DNA of 64,000 bases from Kudoa neothunni (lineage: Eukaryota > Animalia > Cnidaria). The stretch covers positions 15,676,929 to 15,740,928 of the forward strand of contig OZ199838.1 of NCBI GenBank assembly GCA_964304625.1. The letters are read 5' to 3'. The notes beneath the pieces are model-generated. The model made no database searches and was not told where the DNA came from. It was given only the letters and a program-made list of their open reading frames with translations. Position numbers and translations under genes: made by a program. This document shows, piece after piece, positions 38,190 through 51,549 of the stretch (position 1 is its first letter; each line of letters opens with the position of its first letter).

Positions 38190-41100
38190 ATGTATATTTC
38201 AAAGGTTTGAGCATATAATTATTGATGTTACTTTTATCATTTATATCTCAATTAGATTATTATCAACGGATTTAAAAGTTATTCATGTGGTATAGAATTA
38301 GACGAACTGAGTCCTCACATCAATGTGATAAGTAAGTGTTGAATTATACTTTGTTGAGTTTCTTATTTTTGGTATAGTTGGAAATAACGGTTCTGGTAAA
38401 AGTAATTTATTAGCAGGTAATTCAACATCTTAATTTTAAAGTTCTAATTGTCTACATGTCTCTCCCAATTATAGCAATACAATTCGTATTGACCGATGAT
38501 TATGATAATTTGCGAAATGAGGAAAGGCTTTTGTTATTTCATGTAAACCAATAGAAAAAAATTGAATGAAATTAATTTAATAATTGATTAATTAATTGAT
38601 TAATTAATTAGGAAGGTGTTGGTCCCCAAGTGACAACCACGTCTGTAGAATTAGTATTTGAGAATAGCAAACGGCGTTTGCCTGTAAGTTGTTGTTGTTG
38701 CTGTTGTTGTTGTGTTGAATAATCACTCTATAAACCTAGTTCGATCAACAATATGTCTCGTTGAAACGTGTATTAACCTGAAAACCGATCAATATTATGT
38801 TGAAAATAAGTTGGTGAAAAAACAAGATATTACCAACATATTGGAGGGTGCCGGTATCTCCAAGTCCAACAATTACTACATTGTAAAGCAAGGCAAAATC
38901 ACCCAATTGGCAGTAGCACAGGACAGTGGAAGGCTAAAATTGTTGCATCAAATTGCTGGGGCTAAAATATTCGACGAGAAAAAGGCCGAAAGTGACTCTA
39001 TATTGAAGGATACATTCGCAAAAAGACAGCAAATTGATCAATTTGTCGATGAGATTGAAGAAAAATTGCAAAATTTAGAATGCGAGAAAGGCGAATTGTT
39101 CCAGTTCAATAAACTTTCCACCAATAAAAACACCATTGAATATTGCATGCATGAGCGAGAGTTGATGGAACTTGAGGAAAAGTATGAACAACTTGTGACA
39201 ACTATCACCGATCATGAACTCAAATACTCCGACGCTATCTCCACCTATGAGGAGGTTTGTGAGCGATGCAAGGTGATTTTATTGATATTGTTATGTAACA
39301 GATATAAATTTTTTTGATTTTATTTGATTTTGTTTGATTAATAACAGGAATTACATTCTATGCAAAACCAAGCCATCGAACGAAACAACACAATAACAAT
39401 AGAGTTAACATCATTGAATAAAGAGAGACACAAAGAACTAGGTCAAAGAATTACTCAACTCAAACTTCAACTCTCAACTCTCAAAGATCAAGCAACTGAT
39501 ATGGTTAGTGATTGTTATTTCCTGTTGATTTCATCTATTCTCATTCCTCAAGGATTGTGATAAGGCTTTTGATACCAATTCGATTCGTAATAGAATCAAC
39601 TTGTTGGAAAAGAAACTAAACGATGAGATTAAAATAAAATACGATCAACTTTGTGAACAAGAGTTACTTATCAAAAATGAAATACGCAACCAAGAAGCCG
39701 CCAAACTAGCTAGATATATTGTTTCTGACAAGACCAACAAATTCTCTTCAAAGGGTCAACGCGATCTTTGGTTGAAATCAGTATGCTCAATTGATGCAAT
39801 CACGAAATTTTTTATCTTGCATCACGTCAATTTAGGAATTAAAGAAGCTATCCAAAAATAAAGATGAAGTCTCAATCCAACTCCAAACCCACAGCTCACA
39901 ACTCCAACAACTTGAAGCCAATTCAAGACGATTGAGATCGCAAATGCAAGTACCACCCTCAAAGTCAGACTGAATTTTAATCATTTTCTGTCGATAGGTC
40001 AGTGAAAGTGCTACTCAAACAGACAATTCAGATCGTGATGAGCTCACAGAGTTAAAGTTGCTACTCAAAGAAGAAGCTGAGCTAAAATCAGAACATCACA
40101 AGATTATTATGGATAAAAAGTAACGGTCTTACTGTTTTTATTCAAGAGTGTGTTATATCTATTAGCGACGCTTGTCGAAATGAGCTAGTTCAAATTGAGC
40201 TAGTCAACAACCTTAGAAATAGTTTCACCAAAAATGTGAAAACCTTCCAAAAATTCATGTCTCGAGTAGGTTTTTTCTTATGTTGAATTTTAGTTGAGCT
40301 TTTAAAGAGTGTATATATGGGCATGGAATCGTTAGATAAACTTGCACAAAAATATAGTCTAAATCACCATGGTTATTTGATCGATAATATTCAATTCGAC
40401 GCAGAATTTGAAACTGTGGTTCAAATTACCGCCGGAAACTATTTGTTTAATGTTATTGTGGATGATGAAAAGGCAGCATCGGATATATTAGCATTATTCA
40501 ACAGGGAAAACCTACCAGGAGAAATTTCGTTTATTCCACTCAACAAAATTAGACCCTCAACTTCTAATTTCAAATACACTGAACAAATGGAACATTATTG
40601 CGTTCCACTCAGCACACATATCACTATAGATAATAGTTTGCATGCAGGGGAACAGGTCTTCCAACTGGTATTTGCAACACCATCCTTTGTAAAGATCTCG
40701 AGACAGCTTCAAACCTCTCCAAACAACACAAAATCAACGGTATAACTCTTGAAGGTAAATTGAATGATTGCAATTTTTTAATGCACTCAATAATCCACTA
40801 TCTCAATACGCAATCATTTAAATTAAGGCGATAGAGCTACTTATAAAGGCACCCTTATGGGAGGTTACATCAACAAATCCTACTCAAAAATAGCAAATTA
40901 TCGACAAATGGTCGATTCGAACAAACAACTACGTTACGAAGAAAATAGGTTGGTCGAATTACGCCGCACTATAGATTGTAATTGTGTAGGACTGTTTGTA
41001 TGGATTTAGTTTTATTATTCTAGCATATGAGAATAGGCTAGATTCTTTGAATGTAAAAACACAAAAGCTCAGAAAGACTATTCAACAAATAGAGTAATAG

Positions 41101-44100
41101 TCTCTTTTAGCGATTGTTGTTTAATTGTAGAGATTAAAAGGCAAAAACGTAATTTACAAAAAGAAAGGTACAGTCTATTGAAAGAAGAACAAAATAATGT
41201 GGACAAAGCTACAAAGAATAAGGTTCGATTTTTTGTTATTTAATTACTTTAGTAGTTGTTATAACCTAATTGTAATTTATCATTAAATCTTAATAGGTTG
41301 AAGTGACTCTTGAAATTAACTCAATTAGATAATTTTAATTGTCTCCAGATATGTTGTTATCTCATTGTTGATAATTACAAGTCATTTCATATCTTTAATT
41401 TTAGAATGAATTGTGGTACTAATATTTAATTATTTACTTTGTGTTGATATAATTATTAAGGTAATTAGACAATTGACCATTAATTATGCTATGGTATAAA
41501 TTGTTTAATGTGTTTTTTAATTATGTAATTTTATGATTGCCTTAATTCGCTACCAACGGAATCCATTGTTTAAGTTTTGATTGTTTAATTTGATAATTGG
41601 ATAATTTCTATAATGATATTACAAAATCAAATTGTACTTGATTTTTTTCGAATACTTTTTATTTATAAATGTTGTGCATTGATTGAGTTAATTTGGTAAT
41701 TAGATTATCTCTTATTGACTAGGGTTCTAATTATTTAATTCATTTTCGTTAATTATTTAATTGTCATTGGAATCGACAGTTCCAATTTTAGTGGTCAAAT
41801 TTGTTAAATAGCTTATTACTATGGTGATGATATGGAGTGAATTCAAATTAGTGATTCTCAATTAAAAAAGTCAATTTTTTATAATTGTTTCATGCAAGTC
41901 GATTTAAATGTAAAATTTGACAATTTCCTTATTGTATTATTTAGTAATTAATGGTGGTTACCATTGTTGTAAGCGCAGTTTTTATATGTGAAAATTGGCT
42001 TGTTACCATAATGTGTGTATAATAATTAATACATATTACATATTCTTAGATCGAAGTTATTTAAAGGCGTGATAATTGTATGAACCTATATTTACGTTTT
42101 TATAAAATGCATTCGTTAATTTAACATTTTAAGAATTATTGTTGTTGAATTCTGAAATATAATCATATTAATGCGAAATTTTTTGTTGCTATAGTTACAC
42201 ACATCAACTTATTCGTAAGGTCGTTTTCCCTTTCATCTTGGCTCATCTTAGTTTTTGCTCCCCTCTCAGAGTAAAGCCAATAGATGGAACTTGGTTAAAA
42301 TAAGATGATTAATATAATAGTACTAATATGATTAGGTAACTCTGAATTAAATGAAAAAATAAGTATACGAACTTCTACTTTAAGCATGAAGTTTGCAAGT
42401 GAAAAAGGACTATTATTTCAAAAATTAGCAACAGTATTAAGTTCGGTAAAATGTTTTTATAGTTAATTGTATCTATTCATTCTAATCAAATAATTACGCA
42501 GTAGTTTCAGAATTCACATATTTATGTTCTATAGCGGGGGTTCTCAACAGTTTGTTCTATTTTACCCCCTTAACTTGGAAACCAAATTCATATTTACTTT
42601 AAGGTTTTATACTGATTCAGCTATAGCAGAGGCTATTTGAGGGATAAATTCTGGTCCTAAAAAGCGCGTACGCTTGCATAATGACAATTTTTAATCCCGT
42701 CCACCCTTGTTCACAAACTGTATACAGATTTTATGTTTTAGATTTTGCTAAATAAAATCATTTCTTTCCTAAACTTTTGCACTTAGGGAATAGAAATAAT
42801 TAAAAATAGTCATTTTGAATATTATTATTATTAATTATTATTATTATTATTAGACTAAGGCACCATTAAAAGATAAACGAGATAAAACAAAGACACTAAC
42901 TAAGAGTAGTTATACAAATAACTGTTAAAAACTTGTTCCTGACAACATTTTAAGAATTTTGGCCAAATTCTTATTGAGTTCAATAGCCCTGAATAATATA
43001 ATTCCTTAGAAATCTGGAAGCACGTCACAAACCTATCATGCGAAAATTCTCCCTATCTAATTTTGATATTATTTAATTTACCTCTTGTCATTGAAATTTT
43101 ATCCCTGCTTCAGAAACCCTGTTCTATAGGTTAGTGCAGAGGCTCTGAGCCGGAGATAAAATTTTGATGACGGAAGGTAAATAAGGTGACATCAAAATTG
43201 GATACGGGAAATTTCTGCATGTTGCGGTTTCTTACACACTTAAGGATTCCTAAGGAGTTATATTAATCAGGGCTATTAAACTTAATTAAAATGTTGGCAG
43301 AAATACTTATTTAACAACTAATTTTAAAATTAGAATCAGTCTCTTTCTTTTATGCCCCATTTATCTTTTAGCAAAATAACCTAATAAAACTTAAATCTTT
43401 ATACAACTATAAAGTAGATATGAATTCAGCTTCCAAGTTAAAATGGACACATTTGTATTTTTCAACAGGCCGAGTGGGTAAATTAAAAATATCAGTAGAG
43501 AACCGCTGGTTTATTGAATAATTTACAATTTGAATAAATTGGGCTTTAACGTCAAGTTTGTAAACTTATATTGTTGTGGTAACTTACGTGGAATGTGACA
43601 TAAGTTATGTCAGTATCAAAAATCTACTGTAAATCGATATTTATATTTTTGAAGGAAAGTTTTATCATTATTATTACGTTTTTAATTAGTTAAGTTTTTT
43701 GTTTCTTTAACTATTATCTATTATTTTGCATTGCTTAATGGTATATTGAAATTTGTGCTATTAGCTAAATGAGGACACTTGGTTAAGATCCAAATTTATT
43801 AACATTAATTGAGTTGTTTGATAAAAAATTTGAATTCAACTGTAAATATATTTATTTTTAGTTTGAAGTGGTAACACTTTTGAAGGAAAAGATTGCGAAT
43901 CTTGATTTGAACATTGCTAATTATAATCAAGAGTTGAATGAAAATTTTTCTAAAAATGAGAATCAATATGAGAACGAACAATTAATAAATAAACTAAACT
44001 CATCAATAAAAAGTTTAAACGAAAAGCTTTCTGCAATCACGGAAGAACGAATTCAAGTATTATTGTCTTGTTGATCGTATTTAGATTTGATGGCGATATA

Positions 44101-45758
44101 TATAATTTGGTGCAACCAAAATTTTTTATTAATATATTTTCTATAATTGGGTTAATAAAGATTAGTTAATAGAGAGGTAAATTTAGATCGAAAAACAAAA
44201 GTTTAGCATAGAAAATGAACTGACAAACAATCTCTATCTCAAAATAAAGGATATGTCGATGGAAAAATCTTCTACCTTGAAAAATGAGCAGACCGTGAAT
44301 AGTTTATCAGCCGAACTGAGTATTCTGATGGATAGAGCCAATGAGATAGATCAGAGGATTGATGGTGATTATTGTTGTGTAGTTTTTGTTTGAAAGAAAA
44401 ATACAAGATTTGAAAAAAAGTGCCGATTCAGAACAGAAAATCAATGACGATTCTATCAAACAGCTTGATCAATTGCAGGTACTTTCACATTCAAATAACT
44501 TATCAAATTACAACTCATTAAACAATATATTTTGTTTTTAGATTAAACGACAAAACGTAATGACCGAAAGAAATTCATTACAACAGAAGCTCGAATCACT
44601 TTCCACAAAAAAGCATGTTTATGCTACAAGGGTATATCTGTCACCCTTTTAACTACAAATAATAACAATAGATTTTATTTTAACCTAGAAACATGAGATG
44701 AACAACAAGCTCAAATCGATTGATCCACTGGATCGATCTCGACTTGATGAGTTTCGTGGGAAACCTTTAAAAGAGGTAGTTAGTCTGCGCAACATTATTG
44801 ATTTCATTGCACATAATTAATTTTATGAAAGTCTCCACTTATTTTTTATTAAATTTTTCCCCTAGTTATGGAAAATGCTGAACCAAATAAACGACTCGTT
44901 AAACGAATTTTCTGGAATAAATAAAAAAGCTTATGAGCAGTATTTGGTTTTTTCTAGAAAAAAGGATAATCTTTTGAAACGAAAAACCGAATTAGACAAA
45001 TCATACGATGTATGCTTGTGATGTAGAATAGTAAGAAATGTCATGTGTTATGGTTATGAATAGGCAATTGTCGATATGATGAGAAAGCTTGAGGAAAGAA
45101 AGAATCAAACCATCTACAAAACGTTCGATCAGTTATCACTTGAGTTCTCAAGTGTGTTCAGTGAATTGATTCCAAATGGTTTTGCAAAACTGTCGCTTGT
45201 GCATAAGACTCCCTCTAGCTCCACATTGACTACCAGCCAAGAAGACAACACCAACAGCGATCAAATCAATCATATTGTTGTAAACGACGGGAATGAAAGT
45301 GAACGCGAGCTTATAGGAATATCTATCAATGTTTCATTCAATTCCACTGATCACCAGCAATTGGTCGAATCGTCTAAAATTAACACTTTATCTGGAGGAC
45401 AAAAAACAGTTGTTGCACTCGCTCTTATTTTTGCCATGCAAAAATGTGATTCTTCTCCTTTCTACATATTGGATGAAATCGACCAAGCTCTCGACCCACA
45501 ATATCGCTTTGGAGTTGCTAGTAAAGTCTTAAGTGTATCACAGTTGATCTTGATTTTTCTTTAGAGATTATCAACAGACTATCGAAAAGGGCACAATTTA
45601 TTGTAACTACCTTTAGCACTGAACTCGTTCCTTATGCCTCATGCACGTTTGGAGTGAGCTTCAGTGGTAAAGTTAGTCACATCAAGAAACTGAACGATAA
45701 TGAGGTCAGCGAATATTTCGATAATACATCTACATCTACTGTTGAGATTCCTAGATGA
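38190..45758 (+). CDS. SMC3: Cohesin subunit SMC3; many exons, one ~2.6-kb intron (41223-43861), two apparent 1-nt deletions
   Basis: [14 protein letters not shown], Walker [25 protein letters not shown], hinge [11 protein letters not shown] and ITLEGD..GTLMGGY, signature [21 protein letters not shown], Walker [12 protein letters not shown]. Confidence 0.95.
42535..43121 (+). mobile_element. hAT MITE with perfect 8-bp TSD TTCTATAG, inside the SMC3 intron
   Basis: TTCTATAG at 42527-42534 and 43122-43129. Ends CGGGGGTTCTCAAC ... CAGAAACCCTG. Confidence 0.85.
43137..43508 (-). mobile_element. Second, inverted hAT MITE copy
   Basis: Mirrors 42950-43121. Ends CAGAGGCTCT ... GAGAACCGCTG. Degenerate TSD GGTTAGTG/GTTTATTG. 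Confidence 0.7.
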
Positions 45759-47049
45759 ATTATCGATACGCTCACCTATTATAATTTATATTTCAGAGTT
45801 TTTTGATTTTTTTGTGTTCTATTATTCCCACGATAATAATTTCAAATAACACAAAACATTAATTACTTCTACTTGATTTTGAAAATCAGCGATGATAGAC
45901 TATTATTTTATAGTTCTGGAGATGATTTTAGAATATAAAATCAATATCACGTGATTATTTAATGGCCGTTTTTGGCTGTATTGATATTTAAACTAATACA
46001 AATGCTGTGAGTTTATGTAAGTCAAGCTTGAATATCCAAATTTGATTTTTGAAATGTAATGAAATTTTAAAATTTAATTTTGTCTTTGAATGGGGAAATT
46101 TTAAACTTGAGCATATCTAATTAGTAAGTTAAAACTCTCTAAATTTTATTTCTCAATTTTTATTTTCGAATTTTAAAGTTAATCATTATTTTTCTACATT
46201 GTAGTTATTTATGTTAATCAAAATATGCATTTACAATCTAAAATATAAATAAAGTATGAAAAGAACAGAAAAATTATGAATGTTCCAATTTTTAGAATAA
46301 AAATTATTGACCATATATGACCTTAACTATATGAGCAATCTAATTAACGATTAATATTTATTTATTAAACAAAACCATTAAATAAATTCAACGTATAATC
46401 TCCTGTTCTCCTGAAAAATTGCACGACAAAATTTAAAATTTTTAATTGTCTAATTCTCGATTAATCCACGAGTGATATGAGAAGAAATAAATATAATAAA
46501 CATAAGCTTCGTTGAAAAAGAGTAAAGTTAAATGTTACTCCTTCCTGATAATTTTATGATTAATTTGAATCTATCGCTCAAAATCTGTGAGCGCTAAATT
46601 ATGTCTTCGATATTAACACAATATTTGATTTTCGTATATACTAATCTTTTTATACAAAAATAGTCCGGTTCATACAAATTAATTTGTAATAAAAAATATG
46701 AATTAATCTAAATGTGATTTTGATTTGAAAAATCCAGAAATGTTTCATCCTCAATTTGTTTTTTTCGAGGGGTCACTCCTGTTTATAGATAAATATACTG
46801 TTTGATTGTCTTGGAATAATTTGTTTGCATAAGTACTTTCAGATGATTTAAATTTTTCCCGATTAAATTTATCTACAAGATTTGAAAAATGAGTCATCTT
46901 AAAAACTGTTATAAGCCACAAATTTTAAGAGAACTGTAATATCTCTTGTAAATATGGCGTCATTACCTTCATCGGCCTAAAAATTAATTTAATCGGCATA
47001 AATAGATATGTAGAATTTTTATAATATTCTATTGTTAGAGTTAATTGCA

Positions 47050-47900
47050 GCGACCACGCTAGATACAAGCACCATTAAAAAGCAATCAAAAATAACACGA
47101 CATATTCTTCCAACACCGCTAAGTCGCTCCGTCTATTATTAATCTACCTCGATTAGGACCTAACATCTGGACCTTAATTAACAAATCTTATTTATATTTA
47201 GGTTAAAATTTCAATCTAATTGGCTATCACTCTCTATTGAAAAAACATCAATCCCAAACTGTTTCTTTTAAATTTGTTATTCTAAGTAGTGTATCATGAA
47301 ATTACTTACTTCTGATAGCACTACTGATTTTATGAGTTATTACAAGTATATTAACGAAATTTTATAACCGTACCATCTTTTAAATGCATAATGAAGGCTG
47401 TGTTAAAAAAATTCCCCTCATTGCACATGTGTACTATTACAAACACACACACAGGCCCTCGTCTTACATGTAGAGGGCAACCTCGGATTTCGACCATAAT
47501 CCGTTCTAAAAGTGTGTACGAACTCCGAATAATGTTTTCCCATATAAAATAATGGAAATCAGTTAAACCCATTACTGCGCATCAAAAAAATGACCATTTC
47601 TATTCTTATATATGAAAAAACATTCGTACCATGCATTTATAAGATATAACAAATAAACATATATAATGGTAACAACGAAATATAGGATAAATATTTTTGG
47701 TTGACATGCGATAGATTATGATGGGTTATCTTTCGATGACGTTCTCACAATTCGGTTGGACGAACCTTCCAGAATTTCTTTTCTTCTCTGTTTTTGCTAT
47801 ATCAGGATTTTTTCTGAATTTCCTTCCTATACGTGATTGAACTCAAAAGTGTTTTTAACTCAATATTTTTGGTCGAACTCCGAGGTTACACTCAATAGGG
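47050..47900 (-). mobile_element. Highly decayed Tc1/IS630-like transposase relic
   Basis: VIVHMCNEGNFFNTAFIM resembles the IIVHAGxxxGFVPNALL motif. Many stops and frameshifts. Confidence 0.35.
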
Positions 47901-48632
47901 TTTCCTTCCTGAACTCGGCACTTTCCTGATTCTAACCATAATTTACATTTAAACATTTAACTCCACATTAATAAATATTTTTTGATTTTTACGTTAGAAA
48001 AAAGATTAAAATAGAAAAAAATATGTTCTACTTTATGATTAAATCCATTTCGAGTGCCAAGAAAAGTTTTTTTATAGTCATTAATGAGCATCATCTAATT
48101 ATTTGTATTTAAATTTAATTCTTAGAGACATTATAACCTAAAATGAGTCGCTTTTATATTAATATAAAATCTAGAAACCAAACCAAAGATTTCTTTAATA
48201 AAATACGGAGAAAAATGTGCGATGAACGCATAAAATAGTATAAAAACCTGAATATGTTTGTTTAATATCATCGAAAATGGGATTTGAAACAGAATTCTCA
48301 CATTCTATTAATTACATGCGGCGGATACTGAGCAAACTCATAGGCTACTAAGGTCGAGTGTTAGCAAAGAAATTATTCTAGAAGATAATCTAATTAAAGT
48401 ATTAAATTTTAAGTTTTTTGTTTCTATATTTTAATAAGGCCGGAAATTTGTTAACAATTTTGTTAATGCCAGCATTTAATTTTAAGTTAGACGCTATCTG
48501 AAAAGTAATATTTAATTTATAAGATAATTGAATGAAGAAGAATAATTCGTAAATCTAAAACATAATTTGTTAAGAACACAGCTTCGGTTATATAAAATAG
48601 TTTCATCATAAAATATTACAATAAACCAAATA

Positions 48633-49929
48633 CAGTAGTGTATAGATGTAACACAGAAATTGAGAAGATGAAAACCACTGCGTTGTATCCATTTTTGCGC
48701 TGGACACATTCTAACAGAGAATGCATTCGTCCAAAAAGAACAGTTTTCCATCGATAATATAATCAATAATAAATGAATTTGAAGCAAAAATTAACTTGTA
48801 TACTTTTTCTTATTAAAATACAATTCTATATTTGTTGTTCTTAAAAAACTGTTCAAATATTGAGTCAGCCATTTCAAGTTCGGTTTATATTGTGAGACAT
48901 TGACAAAATTTTATTTAGAAAGAGTTTTCTAACTTTTTCCAATTAATATAGTTCCTTTTGGTGTGATATAATTATATCAATTTAATCAGAGTCGTCATCA
49001 ATCCTGTCAGAATCAGAAAAATCTGTTGTTGTCAAAATGTCGGAAGTGTTGACTGTGTTGCTTTCAAACGTTTCTTCAATAAGATTTGTTAATTCTAGTG
49101 GTTTTTCCCCTTCTGTCAACTCAATTATGCCATGTTTAAATTGATCGTCATCGGAATCATTATCTAGTGGATTTTCAGAGAGGAAAAATGATTTCCTAAA
49201 GCAGTTAACGATGGTTTCCGTTCTAATTTATTCCCATATTTTTATCGTCCAATGAATAACATCCAAAGCATTAATTACAATGTAACAAATATCTTGAAAT
49301 TCGATCTGATGTATGAATGACGTTATTAGGTTTCTTTTGTGTATCATTTTAAAACTAATAATTCCTTGATCTAGTGGCTGTAGCACATTGATTGTGTTCG
49401 AAGGAAAGTAGCAATGTTACATTAGATCAATATTTTGTTGTGGGCTAAGAAATTGCAGAGAAATAATAAAAATCTTTCTCATAGAAATAGCGAGTTGTCT
49501 ATTCTATTTTTAAAAAAAAGACAAAAATGGAACTGGTCATTTAGACCTTTTTATTATCGTGCTATTTTATTGGCTAATTTTTCCATCGCTTGGAAGTTAG
49601 AATCTTTATTATTTGATATGAACTCGTAAAACCTTATAATTTCAAGTTTTTTGTAGTGTAAAATGGTTTTGTTTCGCTAAAATTAACGCTCCATCCGTTA
49701 TTTGTTGCAAAGTTCAGATTAAGCGCAGCGCTCGAGCCATTTCTGCGTTAAATCCATACAGTAAGTTTTCAACCCTAATATTTTGTTGAAAACTAACTAT
49801 TTATTGAAAAATTATCTATTTTGTATTGAACTATCAACTTAAATCTGAGTTAAAGCAAAATTAATAGTAAACAAGTAAATTTTTAAAAATTGCGTTGGAG
49901 CCATATTGCGTACGACCCGTACACTACTG
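48633..49929 (-). mobile_element. pogo/Tigger DNA transposon remnant with TA-flanked TIRs
   Basis: Both ends read TA|CAGTAGTGTA. Minus strand encodes YFPSNTINVLQPLDQGII and TETIVNCFRK (DDE_1 motifs). Confidence 0.85.
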
Positions 49930-50490
49930 TATATAACAAAATTTACAGCCATTCTTGATTAAAAATTAATAATATAGTAGCTTGAAAAGGATTTTAACGT
50001 TCAAGTAGGAATTTTGGTCAGACCCGAAAAATGTCGAATTCAATTGCAAACGCACTGAGCTCAATCGCAAAGATTCCGAGTTCAATTGAGAAACCATATA
50101 AAGAGTAGATAGTTACTTAAAATCTATCGAGACTTGCTTTCATTTTATGAAAACCTAAAATAATATGAATTGTTTGTTATTTCGCACCATTTTTTCGTAT
50201 TAAATGGTGAGGTGTAAAATTTTTTTTAAAGATTATTGAAGAAAAATAGCAACGGATATTGATGAACAAATATATACATTTGCAGAATAATCAATTTTTT
50301 TTTTGAACCACGATTCTCTATATCAAGAAAAATATGACGGTTTAGAAAATATATCCAGATTTACTTGTTTTTCAATCATATTATTTTAATTTATGGGAGT
50401 CTTAACCTACTTATCATTTTACCGTGGTTGTGAAATGAATCGATGATGTCAATAGCTCAAATCCTGTATTAATTGGGGCCTGTTATTAAG

Positions 50491-51549
50491 ATGAAGATTT
50501 TTAGGAGAAAAAATTTGTTATTTGTATTTCTCATACCGATGATATTTATTTTCTGGTGTATACATTTCCTGTTAAGAAAAGATAATTCTCAGAAGCCTAC
50601 TGAGCCCCAAAGCAATGATAAACAGGACAGTTATTGGGATAAACATCGTATATACGCAAAATGCATGGAAATTATTTCTAAACCAAGCTCCACAAATCCA
50701 GATCGAATAATAATAAAAGATCCTGAGGTGATAATATTGGTTGATTCGGAAGTTGAAAATTACGAGTCAAGGTGTGCGATTCGTGCAACATGGTCCCATT
50801 ACTCAACAAAACGCCTATCATATATAATGCCGTATGTGGTGTATTTTCAGCTTGGTTACAAGAACAACGAAAAATCTAATTTAGCTCAACATGAAAACAA
50901 TTTATATCATGACCTCTTGATTTTCAATGACATCAAGGAAATATATTCCAATGTTGGAGCTAAACTTACGGCGTCGTTGGATCATATCAATACAATGAAT
51001 CTTCCCAATTTAAAGTACATTGTCAAAACAGATGATGATGTTTATGTTTCCATTCAAAAATATCTGATACATTTGAAGAGTGTGATGAATATCACCGTAG
51101 ATTATGAGGGATTACTGTAATTTCTAATTGGCTTTTTCGCTAATAACATTCTTTAATTAAGATTTGTTAATTCTCCATTTATACTGGATAAACGTAATAA
51201 AAACTACCAGCCACCAGTACCCTTTCTTAAAAATATTTTTCCACCATTTTGCTCCGGCCGTGGATACTTTATTAAGGCCACAAAATTGAATTGTCTCGTT
51301 TCGGCATCCAAAACACACGAAAATCTAATAAATGGCGATACAAACGTTGGTTATTTGTTACAGTTTTGCAATGCAACCATGAAAAACAATAAAAACTATA
51401 GCTTTGATCCAATTTTCAATGAAGGTCTGGCCAGGGGTGTGGATCATATTCGAAAGAAAACTCCATTCTACTTCATGCATGGAATCCGAAAATATGATCA
51501 ACTGGTATTTGACGATGTATTTCTAATGCAACACGGTATTACTATTTAA
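50491..51549 (+). CDS. GT31 beta-1,3-galactosyltransferase-family type II membrane protein; intron 51117-51161
   Basis: N-terminal TM anchor, RCAIRATW, ENNLYHDLL, KYIVKTDDDVYV (DxD) and FPPFCSGRGY. Confidence 0.85.

Noticed and set aside
41094-41110. Apparent ultra-short introns under 20 nt (also 632-650 and ~32460-32478)
   Set aside because: In-frame alternatives of >=40 nt exist and match the intron size floor seen elsewhere in the window.
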